Below, in pieces: positions 38,795 to 48,038 of a stretch of DNA of 64,000 bases. Source of the stretch: a bacterium (GTDB lineage Bacteria; Hinthialibacterota; Hinthialibacteria; Hinthialibacterales; Hinthialibacteraceae); NCBI GenBank assembly GCA_041946805.1, contig JBHGBC010000004.1, positions 1-64,000 of the forward strand, written 5' to 3'. Made by a program: the position numbers and the translations under genes. The notes beneath the pieces are model-generated. The model was not told where the DNA came from. It saw nothing but the letters and a program-made list of their open reading frames with translations, and did not search any database. How positions within the stretch are numbered: position 1 is the first letter of the stretch; each line of letters opens with the position of its first letter.

Positions 38795-39985
38795 TTATTT
38801 CTCCATTTGCTCCAAAAAACGCTTCGCCAGGCGGGCGATTTCGGGAACCTTGCTTTCGCTCATGCGAGCCTGCAAATCCAGCGGATCCAAAACCGGATCC
38901 AACCGCTCCAACGCTTCCAGCACATTCTCCGCCGTGAACGGCGCCACCCGGTGCGCAGGGAACTTACGGCTGCCGGAGATCAATTCCTCCGATTTCACGT
39001 AATGGATCTCCCAGGCTTCCTCCCCCGCGCCGGCCAGGGAGACGAACCGCTCGTGAAGCTGGCCGTTCTCGTCTTTTCCCGGGACCGTTCCCAGCCAATA
39101 CCCCTTCAATTTCTTCTCCAGCGATTCGGCATAGAGTTTTTCGAGGGAAGGGAGGCGCAACGCGTCACGGATCGCGGCGGGAACCACGATACCCTCCAAT
39201 TCGTGGATTCGTTTATAGACCTGCCGCGCGTCCAACGAAACGGTTTCCGTAATGGAGACGTGGGTATCCCCGTTTTTTTCCGCGACAAAAACCTTCCAGG
39301 ATTCCCGGGTTTCCGGACAAATGGAAATCAACCAATGGGCCCCGCGAAGCGGTTCCGGCGTAACCAGCCGCCCCGGCATCCAGGGTGCAGCTTCCTCCAG
39401 GGAACTCGCATCCAGGGACAATAGAAACGCATAATCCGGCTTCTTGAAGCCCAGGATCCGCAATTCATCCAGCAGCTCGGATAAATTGAAAACGCCGACT
39501 TTGTCGATCTCTGGTTCAGCCAGGGGATCGTCTCCGTCCGTGATCACGCACGAGTGGAGCGTGTAGGTCCCCCCCGCGTTTCGCGTGACCGAATAATGGC
39601 ACGTCCACTCCTGCCCGGTTTCCCATTCTTCCGGGGGTGCGCCCAGCCAGGTTCCGGGCAAGCGCCGGGAGAGGATTTGCTGAAAGATCTCCTCCCAGCG
39701 CGGCAAGCCCAGTATCTCCAATTCCTGGGCTGACAACTCGGGGACGTAACCGACGTTCTTATAGCATTTTTGTATGGCCCGGTAGACCTCCGCGGCTGAC
39801 AGAGGCGGTGTCCGCGTTTGGAGCCAGCGGCCCTGACTTTCCTCAAGGGCATGGACCACCCACTGCCCTTCCCCGCGTTTTTCGATGCTCACCGCGATCC
39901 CGGCGCCTTCCGGTTGCTGATCCCGCAAATAAAGACCGGGCAGCCGCGGGAGAGCCTCCCGCCAGATGTTCGGATTCGACATCAT
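38795..39985 (-). CDS. Hypothetical protein with four ~95-aa internal repeats
   Basis: Recurrent RLPG.(Y/W)L / LKGYWLG, W.VH, LSAAEVY / LDARQVY / FTAENVL motifs. Confidence 0.7.
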   Translation of the reverse strand: MMSNPNIWREALPRLPGLYLRDQQPEGAGIAVSIEKRGEGQWVVHALEESQGRWLQTRTPPLSAAEVYRAIQKCYKNVGYVPELSAQELEILGLPRWEEIFQQILSRRLPGTWLGAPPEEWETGQEWTCHYSVTRNAGGTYTLHSCVITDGDDPLAEPEIDKVGVFNLSELLDELRILGFKKPDYAFLLSLDASSLEEAAPWMPGRLVTPEPLRGAHWLISICPETRESWKVFVAEKNGDTHVSITETVSLDARQVYKRIHELEGIVVPAAIRDALRLPSLEKLYAESLEKKLKGYWLGTVPGKDENGQLHERFVSLAGAGEEAWEIHYVKSEELISGSRKFPAHRVAPFTAENVLEALERLDPVLDPLDLQARMSESKVPEIARLAKRFLEQMEK

Positions 39986-40218
39986 TTCTCATCATTCCTT
40001 CCCGGTTCCGGTGTATTGGCCCTGTTTCCTCCCCAACAAGATTACACCGCTTTCGGATTTCCCGCTTCCCCCGGGTTGACCGGATTCACACTCCCTTGGT
40101 GAATCGCGCGGGTTTAAGAGAAGTGGTTCTTCCTGCTATAGTGCATCGATCTCAACCGGGTTTTACATCGGATCCGGATTCAGAGATCATCATCCCTTTT
40201 TGTGGAGGTAACTATCCC

Positions 40219-41148
40219 ATGAGCCACCGCAGTAAATCCCAACGCCGGCGGGCCGCCGGAAATCCCAACGCCCCCAAAACCCCCGCTCAGGAAAATCCGG
40301 CCGCCGATCCTATGAAAGAGGATGCGTCCCCGGCCGACGACCAATCCATTCCCGCTTCCCGGGAAACCATACCCCTCCGGGAATCCGTTCCAGCCCAAGC
40401 GGGCGCTTCCTCCACCGCGGGGCCTTCGATCGGATTGATGATCCTGGGCTTCGTGCTGGTGCTCGCCGCCGTGGCCGCCCTGGGGTATAACGGTTATCAG
40501 GAAATTCAGAAAATGAAAAAGGAGTTATTGTACCAAGCGTTGGAACTGAATACCGCGATCCAGGATTTGAAGCAGCAATCCAAAACGGATCCGAACGCGA
40601 ACCTGCTGCCCGAATTGCAAAAAGCCATCCAGGCCGCCAGCCAGCAAACCGATGGGAAAATCGATCAACTCGCCCAGAGCTTCAACGCCAAGGCCGACGC
40701 GTTGACCGCTCCCATCACGGAAAGCCTGAAGGCCTTGAGCGCCAAGATCGAATCCGGCCAGGCCGCCCTGGAAGCCCTGCAGCAAAAAGCGGGCGCCCCG
40801 CAAGCCGCCGCGGCGGAGGATGTCAGCGGGAAGCTGCAGGAAATCGCCACGCTGCTCGACCAATTCAAGTCGGCCACCAACCAGGTGTTGGAGAAACAAA
40901 ACGAAAACGCCTCCAAGTTCACATTCCTGGGGACTTCGATCGCGGAAAAACTCGACGCCCAAGGCCAGGCCTTGGCTGATTTGACGGCGCGCTTGAAAGA
41001 AGCCCAGCCGCCCGCGGCCGGGACATCGGCGGAAGAACTGAAGCGGATCGAAACCAACCTTTCCCTGGCCATCAACGAAGCGGTGTATCAACTCCAGACG
41101 CAACTGGGCCAAATCCAAAAAGTCCTGAGTGAAAAGCCGGCCCAATAA
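40219..41148 (+). CDS. Single-TM anchored coiled-coil protein
   Basis: GGAGGT RBS, MSHRSK start, disordered N-terminus, TM IGLMILGFVLVLAAVAALGY, heptad-rich C-terminus. Confidence 0.8.
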   Translation: MSHRSKSQRRRAAGNPNAPKTPAQENPAADPMKEDASPADDQSIPASRETIPLRESVPAQAGASSTAGPSIGLMILGFVLVLAAVAALGYNGYQEIQKMKKELLYQALELNTAIQDLKQQSKTDPNANLLPELQKAIQAASQQTDGKIDQLAQSFNAKADALTAPITESLKALSAKIESGQAALEALQQKAGAPQAAAAEDVSGKLQEIATLLDQFKSATNQVLEKQNENASKFTFLGTSIAEKLDAQGQALADLTARLKEAQPPAAGTSAEELKRIETNLSLAINEAVYQLQTQLGQIQKVLSEKPAQ

Positions 41149-41184
41149 CGCTCAGCATCCGCCTTCCCGATTCAAGTAAAGCGC

Positions 41185-41221
41185 CTCAGGCTCCGGAGAA
41201 ATCCCGGGGCCTGAGTTTTTT
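41185..41221 (+). terminator. Intrinsic terminator
   Basis: CTCAGGCTCCGG...CCGGGGCCTGAG followed by TTTTTT. Confidence 0.8.
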
Positions 41222-41257
41222 GGGGCGAGTACATTTTTACTTCATGGCAGAGTAACG

Positions 41258-41397
41258 ATGCATTCCGCCTTTTCAGGGCTTCCCTCATCCTGATCCTCTC
41301 CCAGAGGGAGAGGGAATCGTTTCGCGTTCCCTTTATACTCGGACTACGAATAATGCACTGAGTTCGTAGGGTGGGCTCAAAACGAATGTAGCCCACC
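41258..41397. repeat. REP mosaic (A 41282-41314 with leader shared with 38638, E 41366-41397)
   Basis: GATGCATTCCGCCTTTT(C/A)AGGG precedes A in both places; GTAGGGTGGGCT..AGCCCACC. Confidence 0.8.
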
Positions 41398-41497
41398 AAC
41401 CCGACTGGCTTCCTCTCCGCCATTTGATCCCGGCGGCGAATCAGAGTATCCTGCGGGATAACTCATTACCAAATCAACACATGGCAGGACCAGCCGT

Positions 41498-42430
41498 ATG
41501 AGAAATGGAACAGGCTTGTTCATTGGACTACTTGTGATCATCGGATGGAGTCTGCTGGCCACATCCGGCGCCGGTCCGGCGGGATTGCCTCCGGAGCGGA
41601 TCCTCTACGAAAAAGATTCCCTCTATCACCACATCCGGGTATCGCAGGTGGCCAATTACCGGTACCTGTCGTTCAACCGGGCCCGCGGCAACCAAAGCGC
41701 CGTGAACGTGAACGATCCCTACGAACTGAAATTCGCCTACACGCAGGCCAGTTTTCTCAGCCTGGCCTTCTTCGAAAAAGAACCGGAGACCATTTTGTAT
41801 GTGGGATTGGGGGGTGGCTCCATGCCCCGGGTGATCGCCAAATACCTTCCCAATGCCAAGATCGACCTCGTCGAAATCGATCCCGACGTCGTCATGGTGG
41901 CCAAGAAATACTTTCTGTTCGAACCCACGCCCAACATGCGGATCTTCGAGCAGGATGGGCGTCAATATCTCCGCCGCTCCGTGGACCAGTATGATTTAAT
42001 CGTCCTCGACGCCTACAACGACGCCGCCATCCCCTTTCACCTGACCACCAAGGAATTCTTCGAGATCGTGAAACAACGCCTCACGCCCCGGGGGGTCGTG
42101 GCCACGAACATCTGGGGGCCGGCTTCCAACGAATTTTACTATTCGGAGATCAAGACCTTTCAGGCCGTCTTCCCCCGGGTGTATGCCGTGAACGCAGTCA
42201 CCACCAACAACAATATTTTTTTCGTGACCCAGGAAGGCAAGGAATGGACCGCCGCCACGTTTCAAAAACAAGCCCGCGCGTTGCACAACCGCTACCGGTT
42301 TCCCTTCGCGCTGGATCTCTACGCGCGGACCTTCGAGGATTTGACGCGCAAAGAGGTCAACGCCAAGGTGCTGCTGGATGATTTCGCGCCGGTCGAGGTG
42401 CTGCGTTCGCGGGAGGCCGGCCATCCGTGA
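41498..42430 (+). CDS. Spermidine synthase-like SAM-dependent transferase with N-terminal signal/TM
   Basis: SLYHHIRV, VGLGGGS, VEIDPDV, DGRQYL, YDLIVLDAY, HLTTKEFF, LLDDFAPVE. Confidence 0.85.
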   Translation: MRNGTGLFIGLLVIIGWSLLATSGAGPAGLPPERILYEKDSLYHHIRVSQVANYRYLSFNRARGNQSAVNVNDPYELKFAYTQASFLSLAFFEKEPETILYVGLGGGSMPRVIAKYLPNAKIDLVEIDPDVVMVAKKYFLFEPTPNMRIFEQDGRQYLRRSVDQYDLIVLDAYNDAAIPFHLTTKEFFEIVKQRLTPRGVVATNIWGPASNEFYYSEIKTFQAVFPRVYAVNAVTTNNNIFFVTQEGKEWTAATFQKQARALHNRYRFPFALDLYARTFEDLTRKEVNAKVLLDDFAPVEVLRSREAGHP

Positions 42431-43053
42431 TTCCCTTCATCGTCTTTCTCTCCGGCGCGGTGGTCATGTCCTTTGAGATGTTGGGCAGTAAAATCCTGGC
42501 GCCTCATTTCGGCAACACGATCTTCGTGTGGGGCAGCTTGATCGGCATCTTCCTCAGCGGCTTGACCGTGGGGTATTGGGGCGGCGGACGATTGGCGGAC
42601 CACACCGCCGATTTGCGCTGTTTTTCCGCCTTGCTGGCCATCCCCGGCGTGATCCTGTGCTGCTTTCCGTTGTATTGTGATCCGGTCAACTACTGGATCT
42701 TCGACCAGGCCTTCGGTCCCCGGATGGAGCCGCTGCTCGCCTGCCTGATCCTGTTCTTTCCCCCCACCATTTTCATGGGCGCGGTCAGCCCCTACGCGGT
42801 CAAGCTGCAGGTCAAGAATCTGGACTGGCTGGGCACCGGAGTGGGGAACCTGTACGCCCTCTCCTCGCTGGGCAGCATCGTCGGCACGCTGTTCACTTCC
42901 TTCTATCTGGTCACCTGGTTCGGCGTGCGCATGATCATCTTGATTGAAGGAATCATACTCCTGGCCGCCGCCGCGGCGCTTTGGCTGGCGCACGCGCGAG
43001 GACATGCCTCATGTCCATCCGAGGGAGGAACGCCGGAGGCGCCGGGGGAATGA
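42427..43053 (+). CDS. Membrane domain of fused MFS/spermidine synthase family, encoded separately
   Basis: FLSGAVVMSFEMLGSKILAPHFGNT..W, GY..GGRLAD, GNLYALSSLGSIVGT. Confidence 0.85.
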   Translation: MIPFIVFLSGAVVMSFEMLGSKILAPHFGNTIFVWGSLIGIFLSGLTVGYWGGGRLADHTADLRCFSALLAIPGVILCCFPLYCDPVNYWIFDQAFGPRMEPLLACLILFFPPTIFMGAVSPYAVKLQVKNLDWLGTGVGNLYALSSLGSIVGTLFTSFYLVTWFGVRMIILIEGIILLAAAAALWLAHARGHASCPSEGGTPEAPGE

Positions 43054-43110
43054 GCGTTGGACATATTGACCAAGGACTGCAGCGCTACATACGCAGATTC
43101 CGGTTATTCC

Positions 43111-43334
43111 CCCAGGGTTAAAACCCTGGGCTATTTTAAACGTGCCCTTCCCTTCAGCCCTGCCCCTAATTCGTATCGGGCGGACACCTAGGTCCGCCCC
43201 TGCATAAATTCCCTCACCTTGGCCCGATCGCGGGGGGAGAGGGGAATGAATGACATCGCGTTTCGATGGCAGGGGTGCATCTCGGCAACAAGGGCACGTT
43301 TTGGTAACAGAGGCACGTGGCCACGTGCCCCTAC
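43111..43334. repeat. REP mosaic (D 43111-43132, B 43178-43203, A 43211-43244, C 43308-43334)
   Basis: Four different palindrome families in 224 bp. Confidence 0.85.
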
Positions 43335-43455
43335 GTTGGATCGTTCCTATCCAACGCCAAAACCTGAAAGACTTTCCCCTGTGTTTATTGCGGTTATAAT
43401 CTTTTTTTACCCCTGAAACGCGCCGATCGATTGCAAAGACACGAGGAATAATCCG

Positions 43456-44865
43456 ATGGCCCAAAACATCTACGAAAAAATCTGGGACGCCCATGTGGTG
43501 CATGAAGAGCCCGGGAAAGACGCCATTCTCTATATCGATTGCCACCTCATCCATGAAGTGACTTCCCCCCAAGCGTTCGAGGGCCTGCGGCTGGCGGGGC
43601 GCGCCGTACGCCGGCCGGACCGGACCTTCGCCACCATGGACCACAATATCCCCACCACCGGCCGCGAATTGCCCATCCGCGATCCCATGTCCAAGCAGCA
43701 GGTGGAAACCCTCCAGCGCAATTGCGAGGAGAACGGCATCCCCTGCTTCGACATGCGCGATTCCCGCAACGGCATCGTCCACGTGATCGGTCCCGAGCTG
43801 GGCCTCACCCGGCCGGGCATGACCATTGTCTGCGGCGATTCGCACACTTCCACCCACGGCGCGTTCGGGGCGCTGGCGTTCGGCATCGGCACCAGCGAGG
43901 TGGAGCACGTGCTGGCCACCCAGACGCTTTTGCAGAAGAAATCCAAAACCATGGAAGCCCGGATCAACGGCCGGCTCCCCCAGGGCATCACCGCCAAGGA
44001 CATCATCCTGGCGTTCATCGGCAAAATCGGGACCGCGGGCGGCACCGGGTATGTCATCGAATACACCGGCGAGGCCATCCGCGGCTTGAGCATGGAAGGG
44101 CGTATGACGGTCTGCAACATGACCATCGAGGCGGGGGCGCGCGCCGGGCTGATTTCCCCTGACGAGAAGACCTTTGCCTTCCTCAAAGGACGGCCGTACC
44201 TCCCCAATGGCCGGCCGTGGGACAAACTGGTCGAAGAATGGCGCTCCTGGGCCTCCGATCCCGGATGCCGCTACGACCGGCTGGTGGAATTGAACGCGGA
44301 AGATATCGAACCGCAGGTCACCTGGGGCACTTCGCCGGGCATGGTCACCGGGATCAACGGAACCACGCCGGGATTGGCCCAAATCGCCGACGGCAACACC
44401 CGCCTCGCCGCGCAGCGCGCCCTGGAGTACATGGGCCTGGACGAAGGCGCGCCCATCCGGGAGATCGCGCCGGACAAGATCTTCATCGGATCCTGCACCA
44501 ACGGGCGCATCGAGGATCTACGCGAGGCCGCGCGCGTCGCGAAGGGCTACAAGGTCCATTCCGGGATCAAGCAGGCGCTGGTGGTTCCCGGGTCGCAGCA
44601 GGTCAAAAAACAGGCGGAAGAAGAGGGACTGGACCGGATTTTCAAGGACGCGGGCTTTGAATGGCGCGAATCAGGCTGCTCGATGTGCCTGGCCATGAAC
44701 GACGACGTGCTCAGCCCCGGCGAGCGCTGCGCCGCGACCTCCAACCGCAATTTCGAGGGACGGCAGGGCAAGGGCGGCCGCACGCACCTGGTCAGCCCGG
44801 CCATGGCCGCCGCCGCCGCCATCACCGGACGGTTCACCGACATCCGCCATTGGGAGTACAAATGA
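43456..44865 (+). CDS. leuC: 3-isopropylmalate dehydratase large subunit
   Basis: [53 protein letters not shown]. Confidence 0.98.
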   Translation: MAQNIYEKIWDAHVVHEEPGKDAILYIDCHLIHEVTSPQAFEGLRLAGRAVRRPDRTFATMDHNIPTTGRELPIRDPMSKQQVETLQRNCEENGIPCFDMRDSRNGIVHVIGPELGLTRPGMTIVCGDSHTSTHGAFGALAFGIGTSEVEHVLATQTLLQKKSKTMEARINGRLPQGITAKDIILAFIGKIGTAGGTGYVIEYTGEAIRGLSMEGRMTVCNMTIEAGARAGLISPDEKTFAFLKGRPYLPNGRPWDKLVEEWRSWASDPGCRYDRLVELNAEDIEPQVTWGTSPGMVTGINGTTPGLAQIADGNTRLAAQRALEYMGLDEGAPIREIAPDKIFIGSCTNGRIEDLREAARVAKGYKVHSGIKQALVVPGSQQVKKQAEEEGLDRIFKDAGFEWRESGCSMCLAMNDDVLSPGERCAATSNRNFEGRQGKGGRTHLVSPAMAAAAAITGRFTDIRHWEYK

Positions 44866-45461
44866 TGCAACCCTTCACCACGCACACTGGAATCGTCGCC
44901 CCCCTAGATGCCCTGAACGTGGACACGGACCAGATCATCCCCAAGCAGTTCCTGAAGCGCATCGAGCGGACCGGATACGAGGATTTTCTGTTCTTCGACT
45001 GGCGTTATCTGGCCGACGGGAAGACGCCTAATCCGGAATTCGAGATGAACGCCCCGCGCTACCGGGGCGCGAGCATCCTGCTGACCAAGGACAACTTCGG
45101 CTGCGGCTCCTCGCGCGAGCACGCCCCCTGGGCGCTGCACGATTACGGCATCCGCTGCATCCTGGCCAAGAGCTACGCGGATATTTTCTTCAACAACTGC
45201 TTCAACAACGGCATGCTGCCCCTCGTGCTGCCCTCCGAGACGATCGAAGCGTTATTCCAAGAAGTGCGGGCGCGGGAGGGGTATCAGTTGACCATCGATC
45301 TGCCCAACCAGAAGATCATCAAGCCCGATGGCGGCGCAATCGAGTTCAACATCGATCCCTTCAAGAAACATTGCCTGCTGAACGGCCTCGACCAGATCGG
45401 CCTGACCCTGGTGCACGAAGACCAAATCACCGCGTACGAGAAAAAGCGGGGGATCATTTAA
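44862..45461 (+). CDS. leuD: 3-isopropylmalate dehydratase small subunit
   Basis: [37 protein letters not shown] overlap. Confidence 0.98.
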   Translation: MMQPFTTHTGIVAPLDALNVDTDQIIPKQFLKRIERTGYEDFLFFDWRYLADGKTPNPEFEMNAPRYRGASILLTKDNFGCGSSREHAPWALHDYGIRCILAKSYADIFFNNCFNNGMLPLVLPSETIEALFQEVRAREGYQLTIDLPNQKIIKPDGGAIEFNIDPFKKHCLLNGLDQIGLTLVHEDQITAYEKKRGII

Positions 45462-45615
45462 GCATTTGACAATTTCAAGAATCACCCGAAGCCGTGATAT
45501 CATGGGAACGTCCGGTTCACCCCGGACGTTTCTTTATTGTAACGCTTTGCCCAATCGCAGTACTTTCTCAGTGTTTTATTCGCAATATGGGCATAGAGGG
45601 GGCCGCGAAACGATT

Positions 45616-45682
45616 CCCTCTCCCTCTGGGAGAGGGCAAGGGTGAGGGTATTTTTTATTGGGGCCGGCCTGGGTGTCTGCCC
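45616..45682 (-). repeat. REP B-A cassette, inverted
   Basis: CCCTCTCCCTCTGGGAGAGGGCAAGGGTGAGGG followed by GGGGCCGGCCTGGGTGTCTGCCC. Confidence 0.8.
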
Positions 45683-45900
45683 TCATCCCGGAGTGAATGG
45701 AATCGATTCGACCTCATTGGGAAAACACTTTCCGGATGATCCATACCCAATGAATCCTTCTGTTCCAGCCCTATCATATGCCCTATCCCGCTTCCATATC
45801 CCTACGGTAGGATGGAGGGGGACGGTGGCGCCCTCCGCACCTCCGGCCGGGTTTCGACCACGCGGGCGCGGGTATTCCAATCGGTAACGGAGCGAGTCAC

Positions 45901-46938
45901 ATGAACACGAAATCCAACCTGCCGCGACGGAATTTCTTGAAGTCCACCAGCCTGGGCGTATCCCTCGGGGCCCTGGCGTCAGCCTCTGCCAGCTCCACGG
46001 CGGCGGAATCCAGTTCGGCCGGGCCGCGGCGGGAAGTCTGGATCGCCACACTGGCCATGGACCATTACGAGGCGAAAACCTCCGAGGAACTGTGCGGCCA
46101 TGTCCTGAATCGCATGCGGGAGACGCTGGCGTGCCATCCGGATTTGATCTGCCTGCCGGAAACGTTTCCCTATCACCGGGTGGCGGAGGAGAAATCCACC
46201 GCCGAGCAGGCGGAGAGCCTGGACGGTCCCATCGTGAAGCGGTTCGCCGATTTCGCCCGCGAGAATCACTGCTGGGTGATCTGCCCCCTGCTGACGAAGG
46301 AAGAGGGGCGGATTTACAACTCCGCCGTGGTGATCAATCGGATGGGAGAAGTTGTGGGAGCTTACCACAAGATCCATCCCACGGTGGACGAGATCGACAG
46401 CGGGGTAACGCCCGGGTCCGTGGCTCCGCCGGTGTTCCAGACGGATTTCGGCGTGATCGGCATCCAGATCTGCTTCGACGTCAACTGGCCGGAAGGCTGG
46501 CGGAAATTGCGAAAGGGGGGGGTGGAAATCATCTTCTGGCCGAGCGCGTTTCCCGGCGGGCGGATGCTGAACGCCATGGCCTGGATCAACAAGACCTGCA
46601 TCGTCACCAGCACGCTGCCGGGGCCGTCGCGGATCATCGATATCACCGGCGACGAAATCGGAACCAGCGGGCGGTTCGAATCCTGGGTGTGCTGCCCGGT
46701 GAACCTGGAGAAGGCGTTCATCCACATTTGGCCCTATTTGAAGGAAATCGACGGCTTGCGGGAAAAGTACGGCCAGGCGGTGCGGGTGACCAAAATGCAC
46801 CAAGAGGATTGGGCCATCATCGAAAGCGTTTCGCCCGATGTGCCGCTGCTGGACGCGCTGCGGGAATTCAACATCCCCCTGCACGAGGAGCACATCCGGC
46901 GGGCTGACGAAAAACAGGAAAAATACAGGCCGGCGTGA
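45901..46938 (+). CDS. Tat-exported carbon-nitrogen hydrolase (nitrilase superfamily)
   Basis: PRRNFLK twin-arginine; E-K-C triad LPETF / YHKIH / ICFD. Confidence 0.9.
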   Translation: MNTKSNLPRRNFLKSTSLGVSLGALASASASSTAAESSSAGPRREVWIATLAMDHYEAKTSEELCGHVLNRMRETLACHPDLICLPETFPYHRVAEEKSTAEQAESLDGPIVKRFADFARENHCWVICPLLTKEEGRIYNSAVVINRMGEVVGAYHKIHPTVDEIDSGVTPGSVAPPVFQTDFGVIGIQICFDVNWPEGWRKLRKGGVEIIFWPSAFPGGRMLNAMAWINKTCIVTSTLPGPSRIIDITGDEIGTSGRFESWVCCPVNLEKAFIHIWPYLKEIDGLREKYGQAVRVTKMHQEDWAIIESVSPDVPLLDALREFNIPLHEEHIRRADEKQEKYRPA

Positions 46939-47047
46939 AGCGAAAAGGCAGGATCCATTTCGCTGGACTCCATCCGCCCTGTCCGGCTGATCCGCTGCCA
47001 ATCCGTCTACGTGTTTGTCCAAAAATATCAGGCGTTTCCCCCTTTTT

Positions 47048-47225
47048 CTCGGGGCTGATCTTTACCCACAAGTCGTATCAGGAGGTCATCCCCGCGAAAG
47101 CGGGGATCCAGGGAGGGCGAGGCTCCTGCCGAGCCGCTTATTTTCGATAGGCCCCACTTTTTCCACGGCTCACCCGAAATGTCGCCCTCCCCGATCAGGA
47201 CTTTGGGGCAAAATTCAGCCCTCAG
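47048..47225. mobile_element. MITE-like element family 3 with internal palindromes
   Basis: GGCTGATCTTTACCCACAAGTC ... GACTTTGGGGCAAAATTCAGCC inverted termini; internal ATCCCCGCGAAAGCGGGGAT hairpin and GGAGGGCGA/TCGCCCTCC pair. Confidence 0.6.
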
Positions 47226-47305
47226 ATAAAGGGCTTGGGTGAGGGGAAGCCTTTCACCCTGCCTCCACCGTTCTGACGGGGCAGATTCCCTTGCTAATCA
47301 ATGGA

Positions 47306-47599
47306 TCACGGCAAGGATTGGGCGATTTCCCGGAACTCCTCCTCGTTGAAAGCTCGGAGCGTTTCCGAGGAGACATTGCCCTGGGAAGCCAAGGTCAGGG
47401 CGAGCTTCGCCTCGGTTTTATCATCCGGCAGTTCGCTGATCACCACCAGGTCATAACGCCCCATGGTCAGGTAAAAGCCCAACATTTTCCCCCCGGCGGC
47501 TTCGAGGGCTTTCTTGGCCGCGTCCAACCGGGCCGGGCCGTCCTTGATATTCCCCACGCCTTTGGGAGTATACCGGTACAACGTGATGTAGGTGGGCAT
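47306..47599 (-). CDS. GYD-domain protein
   Basis: MPTYITL..YT, TMGRYDLV, ETLRAF; GGAGG RBS. Confidence 0.9.
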   Translation of the reverse strand: MPTYITLYRYTPKGVGNIKDGPARLDAAKKALEAAGGKMLGFYLTMGRYDLVVISELPDDKTEAKLALTLASQGNVSSETLRAFNEEEFREIAQSLP

Positions 47600-48038
47600 C
47601 TCACTACCTCCGGTTTGGAAGAGGGGATTCCTCTTCGAACAATGAGAATCGCCGATGATGCTTCAACTGGATGGGGGAACCAACAAGTATCCGATTGAGA
47701 TGGAAAGGCGGGTATAAAAAACCAGCGACAAGATAGTTAGGTATGTTGGTCTATATGATCATCTATACAATCGATTCACATGTCAAGAGAATGATCCAAG
47801 AACGGGTCAGCCGGGCAAAAACTTGCATGGGCGGCCGGCATGGTTATGCCATGCTCAATCCGCCCCGCAATAGGATTTGAGAATCTTCCGAAGGTACATT
47901 GATTTTTCCCATCGATTTTCTTGACAACGTCCGTTCTCCAGCCTGACAATGGCCCCTCAGGAACCATCAACCTCCAGGATGATTCCGGCCCGACCATACT
48001 AGTGTTCCCCATCCTAACCCCACGAAAGGACCCTCCCG

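Noticed and set aside
39637..40218. N-terminal extension of the 503-aa ORF
   Set aside because: Overlaps the opposite-strand gene; a strong GGAGGT RBS supports ATG 40219
43340..43455. Leucine attenuator or T-box before leuC
   Set aside because: No Leu-rich leader peptide, T-box motif or terminator; upstream space is filled by REP units
47747..47771. Imperfect palindrome around ATGATCAT between divergent genes
   Set aside because: Could be an operator, but it is a single weak instance with no regulator gene nearby
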